Source of the DNA: an uncultured Coriobacteriales bacterium
Lineage (GTDB): Bacteria > Actinomycetota > Coriobacteriia > Coriobacteriales > UMGS124
NCBI GenBank assembly: GCA_934654475.1
Contig: CAKUFZ010000002.1
Coordinates: 86 to 64,085 of the forward strand
DNA length: 64,000 bases
Direction of reading: 5' to 3'
Position 1 is the stretch's first letter, and every line of letters begins with the position of its first letter. Below, piece after piece: positions 27,945 through 37,000 of the stretch. The position numbers were made by a program, and so were the translations under genes. The notes under the pieces were generated by a model. The model did not search any database, had not been told where the DNA came from, and saw nothing but the letters and a program-made list of their open reading frames with translations.

Positions 27945-29525
27945 ATGGACAACGCACAAGAGCAGCGCAGGCGCTATCCCGTTGGCATCCAGACGTTCTC
28001 CAAGATTCGACAGGGCAACTATGTATATGTTGACAAGACGGCGCTTGTATACCGTCTAGCCAATGAGTCCGATGGGGCCTTCTTTCTGAGCCGTCCGAGA
28101 CGGTTTGGCAAATCGCTCCTCGTCTCGACGCTTCAGGCGTATTTTGAAGGCCGTCGTGACCTGTTTGGCGGGCTAGCGATTGAGCAGCTAGAGGGCGCTT
28201 GGGAGAGGTACCCGGTTATTCGCCTGGATTTGAGCACGGTCAAGACGCGCGACCCCGAGATTCTGCTCGACCTCCTTGACGCCGCCCTCTCATTCGAAGA
28301 GGCGCAGTGGGGCCGGGACAATTCGATGAAGACGCCCGGATCTCGTCTCATGGGGCTGATTCGCCGCGCCTATGCACAAACGGGCAGGCCCGTCGTCGTG
28401 CTCGTGGACGAATACGACGCCCCCTTGCTCAATGCGGTTGACGACCCGCAGAAGCTTCCTGTTTTCCAGGATGTCATGCGCGAGTTCTTTGCCCCGCTCA
28501 AGGCGTGCGATGAGTACTTGCGTTTCGTCTTCATCACAGGCATCACCAAGTTCGCCCAGCTCAGCATCTTCAGTGAGCTTAACAACCTCACAAACATCAG
28601 TATGCAACCCGAGTATGCAGCCATCTGTGGCATCACCGAAGAGGAGCTGGTCACACAGCTATCTCAAGACGTAGATGGACTGTCTGAGGCGCTGGAGATG
28701 GACAGTGCCGGAACCCTAGCTGCACTTAAACGCCAATACGACGGCTATCACTTCTGCGACCCGTCTCCCGACATCTACAATCCCTATAGCCTTCTCGGTG
28801 CCTTCCGAGACAACAAGATTGGTGACTATTGGTTTGTGACGGGAACGCCGACCTTCTTGGTCGACCTGCTAAAGAAGCAAGAATGGGATATCTCCACCCT
28901 CGAGAGCTGTCAGGCACGGGAGGAAGAGTTTGACGTTCCCGCCCAAAGAATGAGAACCCCTCTTCCCATGCTGTACCAAGGCGGCTACCTAACCATCAAG
29001 AGCTACGACGCTCTCACGCATACGTTTACTCTTGGCATCCCCAACGAGGAAGTCAGCCGTGGTCTCTCGAAAAGCCTGGTAGAGCACGCCTCACCCGGTG
29101 CCTTGCGTGAGCACTACAGTTTCCTTGATGCGTTTTCTACCGACCTGCGCACAGGTAACATCGACCACGCCCTAAAGGGAATGCGAGCATATCTTTCAAG
29201 CATCCCCTATCACCTGGGCTCACGCGATGAGCGGGGTTTCCAAACGAAGTTCTATCTCATCTTTGACTTGCTCGGCATCCAAATCGAGACCGAGTTCAAA
29301 ACGGCGACGGGCCGCATCGACGCCATAGTCAAGACCGACGACATCGTCTACGTCATGGAGTTCAAGTACAACAAGACGCCCGAAGAAGCCCTGGCGCAGA
29401 TTGATGCCAAAGGCTACGCGCTCCCCTTCTCCGCCGATGGCCGACAACTCGTGAAAGTCGGCGTCAACTTCTCCGAGAAAGAGCAGACCATCGATGGGTG
29501 GGTTGTTGGCAAAGAACAAAACTGA
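27945..29525 (+). CDS. AAA-ATPase-like N-domain plus PD-(D/E)XK nuclease C-domain protein (AAA-ATPase_like/PDDEXK_9 architecture)
   Basis: 526 aa with N-terminal YPVGIQTFSKIRQGNYVYVDKT..FFLSRPRRFGKSL and C-terminal GRIDAIVKTDDIVYVMEFKYNK. This pairing is characteristic of the family. Confidence 0.75.
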   Translation: MDNAQEQRRRYPVGIQTFSKIRQGNYVYVDKTALVYRLANESDGAFFLSRPRRFGKSLLVSTLQAYFEGRRDLFGGLAIEQLEGAWERYPVIRLDLSTVKTRDPEILLDLLDAALSFEEAQWGRDNSMKTPGSRLMGLIRRAYAQTGRPVVVLVDEYDAPLLNAVDDPQKLPVFQDVMREFFAPLKACDEYLRFVFITGITKFAQLSIFSELNNLTNISMQPEYAAICGITEEELVTQLSQDVDGLSEALEMDSAGTLAALKRQYDGYHFCDPSPDIYNPYSLLGAFRDNKIGDYWFVTGTPTFLVDLLKKQEWDISTLESCQAREEEFDVPAQRMRTPLPMLYQGGYLTIKSYDALTHTFTLGIPNEEVSRGLSKSLVEHASPGALREHYSFLDAFSTDLRTGNIDHALKGMRAYLSSIPYHLGSRDERGFQTKFYLIFDLLGIQIETEFKTATGRIDAIVKTDDIVYVMEFKYNKTPEEALAQIDAKGYALPFSADGRQLVKVGVNFSEKEQTIDGWVVGKEQN

Positions 29526-29734
29526 TTGCATACAACCCACTTGGCCTTGATATTGTTGTGCTCAAAGCGCGAACCCGCAATGTCCCCGATGATTACACAG
29601 ATTATGTACCAGCTTGCCTCTTTATCAATCCAACTCTATTCGATTTGCCGATGTGACCAAGGCGAAGTGATAGGGGATGGGGGCGCGGCACGCAGAGGAG
29701 GCAACCCCCGCATGGTGCCGCGCCTGCAACCTAG

Positions 29735-31630
29735 CTACCTGTACTTTAAGCCTCCAAGCAAACCCTTCTTGAAGCGCTTGACCTCATTCATGAAGGGCTC
29801 GTACCCATGCTCTACGCCCAGTTTTGCCATCTCGTAGCCTCGCTCGATAGCCCCGTCGCCGGGATTGCGCATTGTTTCGTCGTATTCAAGCAAGAGAGTC
29901 ATCTGAGCAAGGTCGAGATTGTCCGAATCCCCTTGTTCGATTTGTTTGAGACTTGCATTGGCATCTGAACCCAACGCTCGGCGCGCCCACTGGCGAGAAG
30001 CGCTCTCGTTTTCACATACAAGAACAAGCATGGCAGCAGTCACGGGGTCGGGACGCATGGACCAAGATTCCTCCAGGAACCGCACTGACCTCCTCTTGTA
30101 TTCTGCCGACAACGAGGAATCTTCTCGAGACAGTTGGGCGCTGAGGCGAAAGTAGCAGTAGCCTTTTGTAAACGCGCATGCAGCAAGGGTATCGTCCAGC
30201 CCGTCAAGATCTTCGGACTTCAAAGTGTGCTGCAAATCACCGATGTTGTCGTTCTTGATTCGCTTAATCCAGCTTGTCAGCTCGTTGGCACGCACAATGG
30301 CGGGTTCATCTGCTCCGATGCCCTTTTCTGCAAGAAGCAGTATCTTCGACGCGCCCATGAATATCCTGAATAATGACGGGTCGAGCGTGCCACCACGACG
30401 GAAAGCAACGTCGAGCCAGAATGACATTGGGTCGTACTGCTCTGCGCCATCCATATTAGAGGTATACTGCATTACTGCCTTGCTTATCCTGTCTCCTTGG
30501 CCGTTGTATGCCTCAAACCACAAATCTTCATCGATATCAGTATGTCTGACGGGGGCCAAATCAAGACGAGCAAGCTTGTACATAACCTTCGATGTGAAAT
30601 TATCCGAAAGGCCGAACATTGCGCCGTGCGCGAGCAGCCTACCCATCACGATGCTGGCCTTTGTGTCACTCCGAGGCACACCGACACCGAACAGATAGAT
30701 TGCAGCAACGCGAACGTATTCTTGCCAGTCCACGGTATCTTCTGTTGTCTCAAGGTCGATTGGTGCTTCAAGCAGGGCCTGATATCGCGCATTGGCACCT
30801 CGAAGAAACCTTGCATCTTCCAGAAGACCCTGGTCATCTCCTCCATTTGCGACGGCTTTGCGAAGCAACTCAACACCCTGTTGGCACTCGCTTTCATTTG
30901 CCTGCCTGTTGATGAGACAGCAGCCGTATTCAATCATGGCATCGACGTTGCCCGCGTCGGCGGCTTGCCGGAACCAGTTTTCGGCAAGGATGTACGACGA
31001 TGTTATGTCTTCACCCGGTTTGGCATAGTTACCGGATTGGTAATGAGCCCCCAAGCCGAGCATGGCCAGACCCCTTGAGCCGTTTTCGTCCTCCATAGTC
31101 GCGGCCTTCATGAGCAGCTCGTAGCCACGCTCCATGTCTGGCTCGACGGGATAGGGACTTTGGCTCGTTAGAATCATGCCATACTTGTAGCAAGCCCAAA
31201 CGCTGCCCATCTCAACGCCGCGCTCCAACAGGCGGCAGCCCTCGTCCGGGTTTCGCTCAACGCCCCAACCGTCAAAATAGCATAGGGCGAGGTAGTAGCA
31301 TGCCGCACCGACGTGCCAGCGCTCATTTTCGGATGCAGGCTCAGCCTCGCTGGCTCGGCGCAAATGCGTTATATAGGCGTTCTTATCAACGGGAATCTCT
31401 GAGTAAAACCCGTCGAACATAAATGCATACCTGTAGTTGCCCTCAATCGATCCCTTCTGCGCAGCAAGGCCCAACAAGCAACGAACTTTTGCCAAATCTT
31501 GCCCAATCAAGCCCTCGTCGTATTGGCTCTTTATGGAGCGCGCCTCAGAGAGCAGCTTGTCTGGTTCCATGTTTTCATGTTCGGCCTTAAACCCATGCAG
31601 GTTGTATACGTCGAGGTATGAGTCATCCAT
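29735..31630 (-). CDS. Sel1-like (TPR-class) repeat protein; candidate immunity or adaptor protein of the upstream toxin
   Basis: 631 aa with several Sel1-type repeats (AACYYLALCYFDGWGVERNPDEGCRLLERGVEMGSVWACYKYG; AENWFRQAADAGNVDAMIEYGCCL; AAIYLFGVGVPRS). It starts 11 nt after the toxin-like gene. Confidence 0.7.
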   Translation of the reverse strand: MDDSYLDVYNLHGFKAEHENMEPDKLLSEARSIKSQYDEGLIGQDLAKVRCLLGLAAQKGSIEGNYRYAFMFDGFYSEIPVDKNAYITHLRRASEAEPASENERWHVGAACYYLALCYFDGWGVERNPDEGCRLLERGVEMGSVWACYKYGMILTSQSPYPVEPDMERGYELLMKAATMEDENGSRGLAMLGLGAHYQSGNYAKPGEDITSSYILAENWFRQAADAGNVDAMIEYGCCLINRQANESECQQGVELLRKAVANGGDDQGLLEDARFLRGANARYQALLEAPIDLETTEDTVDWQEYVRVAAIYLFGVGVPRSDTKASIVMGRLLAHGAMFGLSDNFTSKVMYKLARLDLAPVRHTDIDEDLWFEAYNGQGDRISKAVMQYTSNMDGAEQYDPMSFWLDVAFRRGGTLDPSLFRIFMGASKILLLAEKGIGADEPAIVRANELTSWIKRIKNDNIGDLQHTLKSEDLDGLDDTLAACAFTKGYCYFRLSAQLSREDSSLSAEYKRRSVRFLEESWSMRPDPVTAAMLVLVCENESASRQWARRALGSDANASLKQIEQGDSDNLDLAQMTLLLEYDETMRNPGDGAIERGYEMAKLGVEHGYEPFMNEVKRFKKGLLGGLKYR

Positions 31631-31641
31631 AGCATGCTCCT

Positions 31642-33252
31642 TTACAATTTGGACCCGAGGCTTATCTGACCGGGGAAAGAGATAATGCTTACTATCTTGC
31701 TATCGGGCAACATAATGTGGACTTTCGGGACAGGTTCGCCGGCCATGGCAACGCCAAGCACCTTGTTCGTTGGGACTTCGATGATGTGTGGCGTGCCTTC
31801 GCGCATGACCTTCCACGGTCCGGGGCACAAGTTGGTGAGTCCGATGTTCCCGCGCCCGTCGCCCACGCATCGAGCTATCACTTTTGCTGGGTCGCCTGGC
31901 GAGGTCAAAACGCCACCCTTCCCGAGGGGAAGGATGCGGTTGCCAATCATGGTGTCGAGGATGATGTCGTGTTTCTGCGCTACATCTGATAACTTCTTGA
32001 TGATCTCGTCGCGCGTCCCTTCCGCAGAGATGAGATCGCTATGGGGAATATTGCCGTGAATAATAGACGGTATAAGCTGCATGGTCCCGTTGTGACAATC
32101 GTGCGGCGTCAATCCCTCGGCTTTCAGAAACTCTTTAACATCGCTTTGAGTCTGGAACCAATCGTACCCCCTATCCTGCATGAATGCCACAGCACGCGCT
32201 GCAAGGTCTGGCGACAGGCAGGATTTCCCAGAAGAGGAATCAAGCATCTGTTTGTATAGCTGCCTATAGTTCTCCCCACGGTCGCCTGTTACCTTGTCAA
32301 GCTTGAACTCACCTTTAGCAAGGTTCCCCGAGAATACAAGGTACCCGTCTTGAAACCGTATGTCTATCGGGCCGTACTGTTGCTCGATTTGCCCCCAGGT
32401 AAGACCCTCAGGGTTGGACTGCGAGGGCACAAAGTTACGGTCGGGTGACCACGTTCCGCTATACGTTGAGTCTGGGCTGTCGCAAGGGTTGCCGGAAGGA
32501 TCAATCCATGTTCCACCCGTTTTGGGCATGTGCGGCGTGATTCCCAAAGACGCGCGAACAAGGTCGAGTTCCTGCGAAGACATGGATGCAATCTGGTCGG
32601 CATAGCCTTGAATGACGCCGCCCACACGCAGCTTGTCCACATCGCTTATATTGCTTGAGATAGCCGGCGACGACACACCGGCCATCTCAAGCGCCGCGCT
32701 CCCCAGACCCCCGGGATGGTTGAGGGCCGAGGTAAGCGGGCTGACTAGGGAGAGCTGCAATGGAGTTCCATCGCGAGAAGCCTCTTGGGTGATTCCAGAA
32801 GAGGGTGTCTCGCCCATCCTAATCGCTGGGGTGTCCATCAATCCGGCGCCCTCGCGAATTTTCTCAACTGCGTGCTCAAGCGTCGCGCACCCTTCACTGC
32901 GCAAGGACTCGCACCGAGATTTCAAAGAAGACATATTGCTTTCATATGTATGGGAAGCACCACTAAGAGAAGCGATTTCATTGTAGAGCTGCCTCGATGA
33001 GGAGCGAAGGCCATCGATCTGCCCTCTAATCTTGTCTCGCTCGTCTGCATCATCGGCCTTATCAAGCTTTCTTTCTAGCTCACGACATGCCGTCTCAGCG
33101 CTTTCGATCCTCTTCTCTAGTCCATCGATTGCCAATTGGGCCTCATGAAGAAGCTCTTTATTGGGTTGCAAGGGCGAGAAGTCAACGCCCCTCAATCCCT
33201 TCGCAAGCTCCTCCATCGCATCAAGACCGTCGAATACAATCGTTGTCCCCAT
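31642..33252 (-). CDS. Polymorphic-toxin-like protein: N-terminal coiled coil, central HNH/EndoVII WHH-like nuclease module (variant), extra C-terminal domain
   Basis: 536 aa. Residues 1-140 are helical/coiled. The segment IRFQDGYLVFSGNLAKGEFKLDKVTGDRGENY...GLTPHDCHNGTMQLIPSIIHGNIPHSD resembles the gyPdF...tgdR..D(F/Y)...tWHH...tMqLVp..iH....H layout of WHH-type toxin nucleases, with PHD in place of WHH. About 115 uncharacterised residues follow. Confidence 0.45.
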   Translation of the reverse strand: MGTTIVFDGLDAMEELAKGLRGVDFSPLQPNKELLHEAQLAIDGLEKRIESAETACRELERKLDKADDADERDKIRGQIDGLRSSSRQLYNEIASLSGASHTYESNMSSLKSRCESLRSEGCATLEHAVEKIREGAGLMDTPAIRMGETPSSGITQEASRDGTPLQLSLVSPLTSALNHPGGLGSAALEMAGVSSPAISSNISDVDKLRVGGVIQGYADQIASMSSQELDLVRASLGITPHMPKTGGTWIDPSGNPCDSPDSTYSGTWSPDRNFVPSQSNPEGLTWGQIEQQYGPIDIRFQDGYLVFSGNLAKGEFKLDKVTGDRGENYRQLYKQMLDSSSGKSCLSPDLAARAVAFMQDRGYDWFQTQSDVKEFLKAEGLTPHDCHNGTMQLIPSIIHGNIPHSDLISAEGTRDEIIKKLSDVAQKHDIILDTMIGNRILPLGKGGVLTSPGDPAKVIARCVGDGRGNIGLTNLCPGPWKVMREGTPHIIEVPTNKVLGVAMAGEPVPKVHIMLPDSKIVSIISFPGQISLGSKL

Positions 33253-33283
33253 GGCGCTCTCCCACGTCGAATCCTAAAAGCTG

Positions 33284-33562
33284 TTAGCAGCTTTCCAGAA
33301 TGTGTCCTCCTTCTTCAAAGCAATCGGCGGAATAGAGCAGTTGCTTCTCGACTGAACCCGCATCGGGAAGTGCGTTCATAATGTTATCGAGGTAGTTTTT
33401 AAGAGCAGCAAGTGCGACAAGACCTTCCCTAAAAGGCATTACAGTCTCCGCGGCATCCACAAGCCCTTTTGCAACACTACAGGTTGATTCGAGATCCTTG
33501 GCGAATTTGTCTACGGTTTGGGCGACCTCACGGATACCTTCGACATCCCACGTTATGCTCAT
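33284..33562 (-). CDS. Small (92 aa) predicted helical protein, unknown family
   Basis: The ATG at 33562 is preceded by a strong RBS, aaggagg, 6 nt upstream. The sequence MSITWDVEGIREVAQTVDKFAKDLES... has helix-favouring composition. No WxG motif is present. Confidence 0.6.
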   Translation of the reverse strand: MSITWDVEGIREVAQTVDKFAKDLESTCSVAKGLVDAAETVMPFREGLVALAALKNYLDNIMNALPDAGSVEKQLLYSADCFEEGGHILESC

Positions 33563-33601
33563 ATCAATCCTCCTTGAAATCCGATTTTTGCCTTGCAATG
33601 T

Positions 33602-33871
33602 CTATGCGATGCCGGCACCCGCCTCCAGAGCGTCGGCTGCCTTGTTCAAATTCACGCACGCCGCCTCTGTCAAATCGGTTGACGACTTAATGGTGAGGTC
33701 GATTTGGTCGCAGACTTCTAGAATTTTGTCATAAGCAGGACATTCAAACATGTCCCCCAACCCCTCGGCAGCTTGCTTGAAATTTTTTGCCATATCGGAA
33801 ATCTCGGGCATTATCGTCGAGAGTGCCGAGGCAAGGTCGCGTATTTCTTGCGGCTCAACTGTAGCTGGCAT
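33602..33871 (-). CDS. Small (89 aa) helical protein, WXG100-superfamily/EspC-like by size and composition
   Basis: The ATG at 33871 is preceded by ggag. The sequence is MPATVEPQEIRDLASALSTIMPEISDMAKNFKQAAEGLGD...LNKAADALEAGAGIA. It resembles a helix-turn-helix hairpin with a central G-rich turn. The family call is inference. Confidence 0.5.
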   Translation of the reverse strand: MPATVEPQEIRDLASALSTIMPEISDMAKNFKQAAEGLGDMFECPAYDKILEVCDQIDLTIKSSTDLTEAACVNLNKAADALEAGAGIA

Positions 33872-34094
33872 ATTGATGCTCCGTTCTATCGTCAACGCCT
33901 GTTCCGTAACGTTCCAAAATCTGGCAGAACCCCTCGGTCTGTTCTCTTGCCTCCTCAATCAACTCAAGCATCGGCTTCACCTTGTTTTCTTGGAATTGCT
34001 CCGCATACCTATCCTGCCAAGCTGCTTCCGCTTTACCCCAAATGTTTCGGATGTCCCCCTCCAGGCCCAAAAGCTCTTCACCTACCAAAGCCAT
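33855..34094 (-). CDS. Small (79 aa) helical protein overlapping both neighbours
   Basis: The ATG at 34094 lies 10 nt upstream of the stop of the FtsK-like ATPase gene, and the gene end overlaps the next start by 17 nt. The sequence is LGLEGDIRNIWGKAEAAWQDRYAEQF.... Confidence 0.5.
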   Translation of the reverse strand: MALVGEELLGLEGDIRNIWGKAEAAWQDRYAEQFQENKVKPMLELIEEAREQTEGFCQILERYGTGVDDRTEHQYASYS

Positions 34095-37000
34095 TCCGAC
34101 CCATCCCTTTCGTCTTGACCGGTTGGTGAAAAGCTGCCCGGGAGTGCGGCAGATTCTTTGGAATCCGGCTCAGTCTCTAAGGGTTTTGCCACCTCGAGAG
34201 GTATGGTCTTGGCCACAGTCTCAACTACGTAAGGTCTGAAGAAAAACTCATGGCCGCTTGGGGTGTGATACACCATCTTGATTTTTGCCTCTTCGGGTTG
34301 GAGCGACGACGCGTTTGATTGCATGCCGATGCTCACCAGCTTCATTCGATCGGCATGCGTCGCAAAACGATGAGCAAAAAGTTCCGCCATATCCAATCCC
34401 CTTGCACCGAGAACTTTGTTGAGGTTTGGAACGGACGTAGAGAGCAAGCATATATGGACGTTGTTCAATGGCCCCCATTGAATCACACGGGCTATCAGCT
34501 CGCGTGCATCATCGGGCGAAGTCTTCGCTTCTTCGCTCTGACCTTTCTGGTGGTTTTCATATCGCACCATTGCCGCGCTTAAGGTGCTAACGCTGCTCGG
34601 CTGTTTTTTCTGCATTGACCTCTCAAACTCATACTGTGCCCTACTCATTTGCTGGCTCAGCTGCTCAAGACCCAAAACAACGATGAGCACGGGTGTTGAG
34701 GAGGCGAGATTACCCTCTTCAGCCCGACGGAAGAGATTGGCAATGGATGTTAAGTCGGTCATCTCTTCATAGTTGGGGAATACATCTCGAAGCGTCTGCC
34801 ATTTTGTTTGCGCAAAGCGCCAAGTCGGGTCGTTCTCAGGGGCAACGACAACGACACGATATCCAAGGCCCTGCTTCGAACAGGCTCCGATGATGGTCGT
34901 CTCCACCAAGTCGAAGGCAAGGTTCATCTCCGGATCAAGCACAAAGATGTTTTGTCCAATATTGCTGTTCAACGCGATTCGCAGGGTGGGATCAACAAAA
35001 CTCGACTTTGATCCTATAGGAACAAGACGAGAGCCCATGATATCAGTAGTCATTCGCTGACAATACTCGGTCCATGTAGGAGCGTCACGGCGAGTCGCAT
35101 CAAGATATTCAAATCTTTCATCCCAAGCTTTGCATGCATCGCCCAAACTTGCCCTGATCCTTTCGTTCGATGCGCACATCGCTTTGTCTTCCACGCATCT
35201 GGTGACACAGCGTATAGGCTTATGCCCGCCATGTTGGATGTAAGCATCGCCCTTCCCTAGAATCTCGAGGTCGGAAGAGTAAGTGGACGAAACCATCGCA
35301 CAAGGCTCTTGCCCGTTGGTGCCCCATGCCAAAAGCACGCGATTCGTCATGTTCGTCTGTACTGTCTTTTCGCCAAGCGCTTGAAGATTTGGGCCGTCTG
35401 TAAGACTCTGGTCGGCGATAAGGACATGCATGCCGTAAGCGCGGCATTCCTTAATCAGGTTCTGAAACTTGCGACTGTAGTTTGAGCTGTCATCTTTATT
35501 TAAGCGTGTGGCAGCCATAACGGCAGCCTGAGCATGAAACTCGTCAATTACCACCAAGAGGTACCGCATGTGCTCCAAGCCCAATTCGGGGTGCTTGGCA
35601 ACATAATAGTTGTATTCATTGATATCCCTGGCACTGGGGACGTTCTCCACCATGAGGGTCTGGCGATTTTTCATCTCGACATCATAAAGACGGTCGATGG
35701 CCACCTTTATGAAGTCCTCGGATGTATCGATTGCGACAAGTCCTATATGCGGGAAGCGCTGGTCAACATCCCTCAGACCCGCAAAATCGCTGCGCTTGTA
35801 ATCAATAATCCAGATTTCAAGGTCATCTGGAGAGTAGTGCGTGCAGGCAGCCTCGATGGCATTACGCAAGAAATACGTCTTACCGGACCCCGTCGTTCCC
35901 GTCACAATGCCATGTACATTCCCGCCCAGGTCAAAGCGCAACATGACGGCATTACCAAGCTCGTCGACAGCCACGGGCAGCTCTATGGCCTCTTCGATCT
36001 TGCTTACCTGCACATGAGCCAAATCAACAACTTCCGTCGGGTTGGCGGCATCACGCTTTTCCTGCGCCTTCTGCACGCTCAGCACAAGCTCGTCTGAAGT
36101 AAGGGCGGAATTGATGGGGTTGATGGGCTTGCAGCCACGGCCGGGGATATCGATGAGGTATCGTGCGCGTCCAGCTTGCGGATCCCAGCTCTCTGTGATG
36201 TTCGTCATGCTTTCGCGCAAAGCTCGCAGTCTTTCGTCAAACTTCTCGTCACCTCGCAGAGCGCTGCCGCACGAGACGAGCACCTGCACTCCGAGCCGCT
36301 TGCCGTCTCTGACGAACGATTCGATGAGGTCGAGGGTCCTAGTTCCAAAATGCTTGTTGGATAAGTCGTTTATCACAACAATCGTCTGCGGAATCGCCTT
36401 CACTGCATTGGCCCGCGCGTTGTATTTTCGCAGGCTTCCAAAAGACGCAATGGCAGGGCCAAGGTCTCCTGTGCGGTTCTCGAGAACGGTATTCATCCTT
36501 CCCGTATCTTGCTCAGTCGAGGCGACCTTAATGATGGTGTCCTCCCGGCGCTCGATACGGGATGACAGGTCGGCAAGCTTTCCCAAAGAGAGGCCGGCGT
36601 TTGTGGGGTCAAGCCAGTAAACCTCGAGGCCGCCCAAGGGCGTGCAACGGATGGCCGTGGACACAATGGCTCGCATCCAGGCGAGTGCCGCCTCTTTGTC
36701 GTTGTCTACCGTGAACCAGCATCCCTGGAGGTTGTCCCAATCAAACGAATAGGGTACGTAAAGGTCGACCCCAGCACCTTTTGCCTCGACCATGCCTATC
36801 GGGGTATACCGAGGAAACTCTGTGACTTGCCTGATTGCACCGAAGTCGGCGTTGCCCAGCACTTGCACGCGATTGGCAATCTCGGCACGACATTGATAAC
36901 CTATACGCTCGGACTCAGTATTTGATTCCAACCGCGCCCTAAGGTGTCGCCTGTCCTCCTCATACTTTGTCTCCAGGTTGCGAAGCTCCCTTGCAATGGC

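Noticed and set aside
31642-33252. Calling the toxin N-terminus an LXG domain
   Set aside because: The first 140 residues are helical, but I could not align them to the LXG pattern I remember. I left it as a coiled coil of unknown family.
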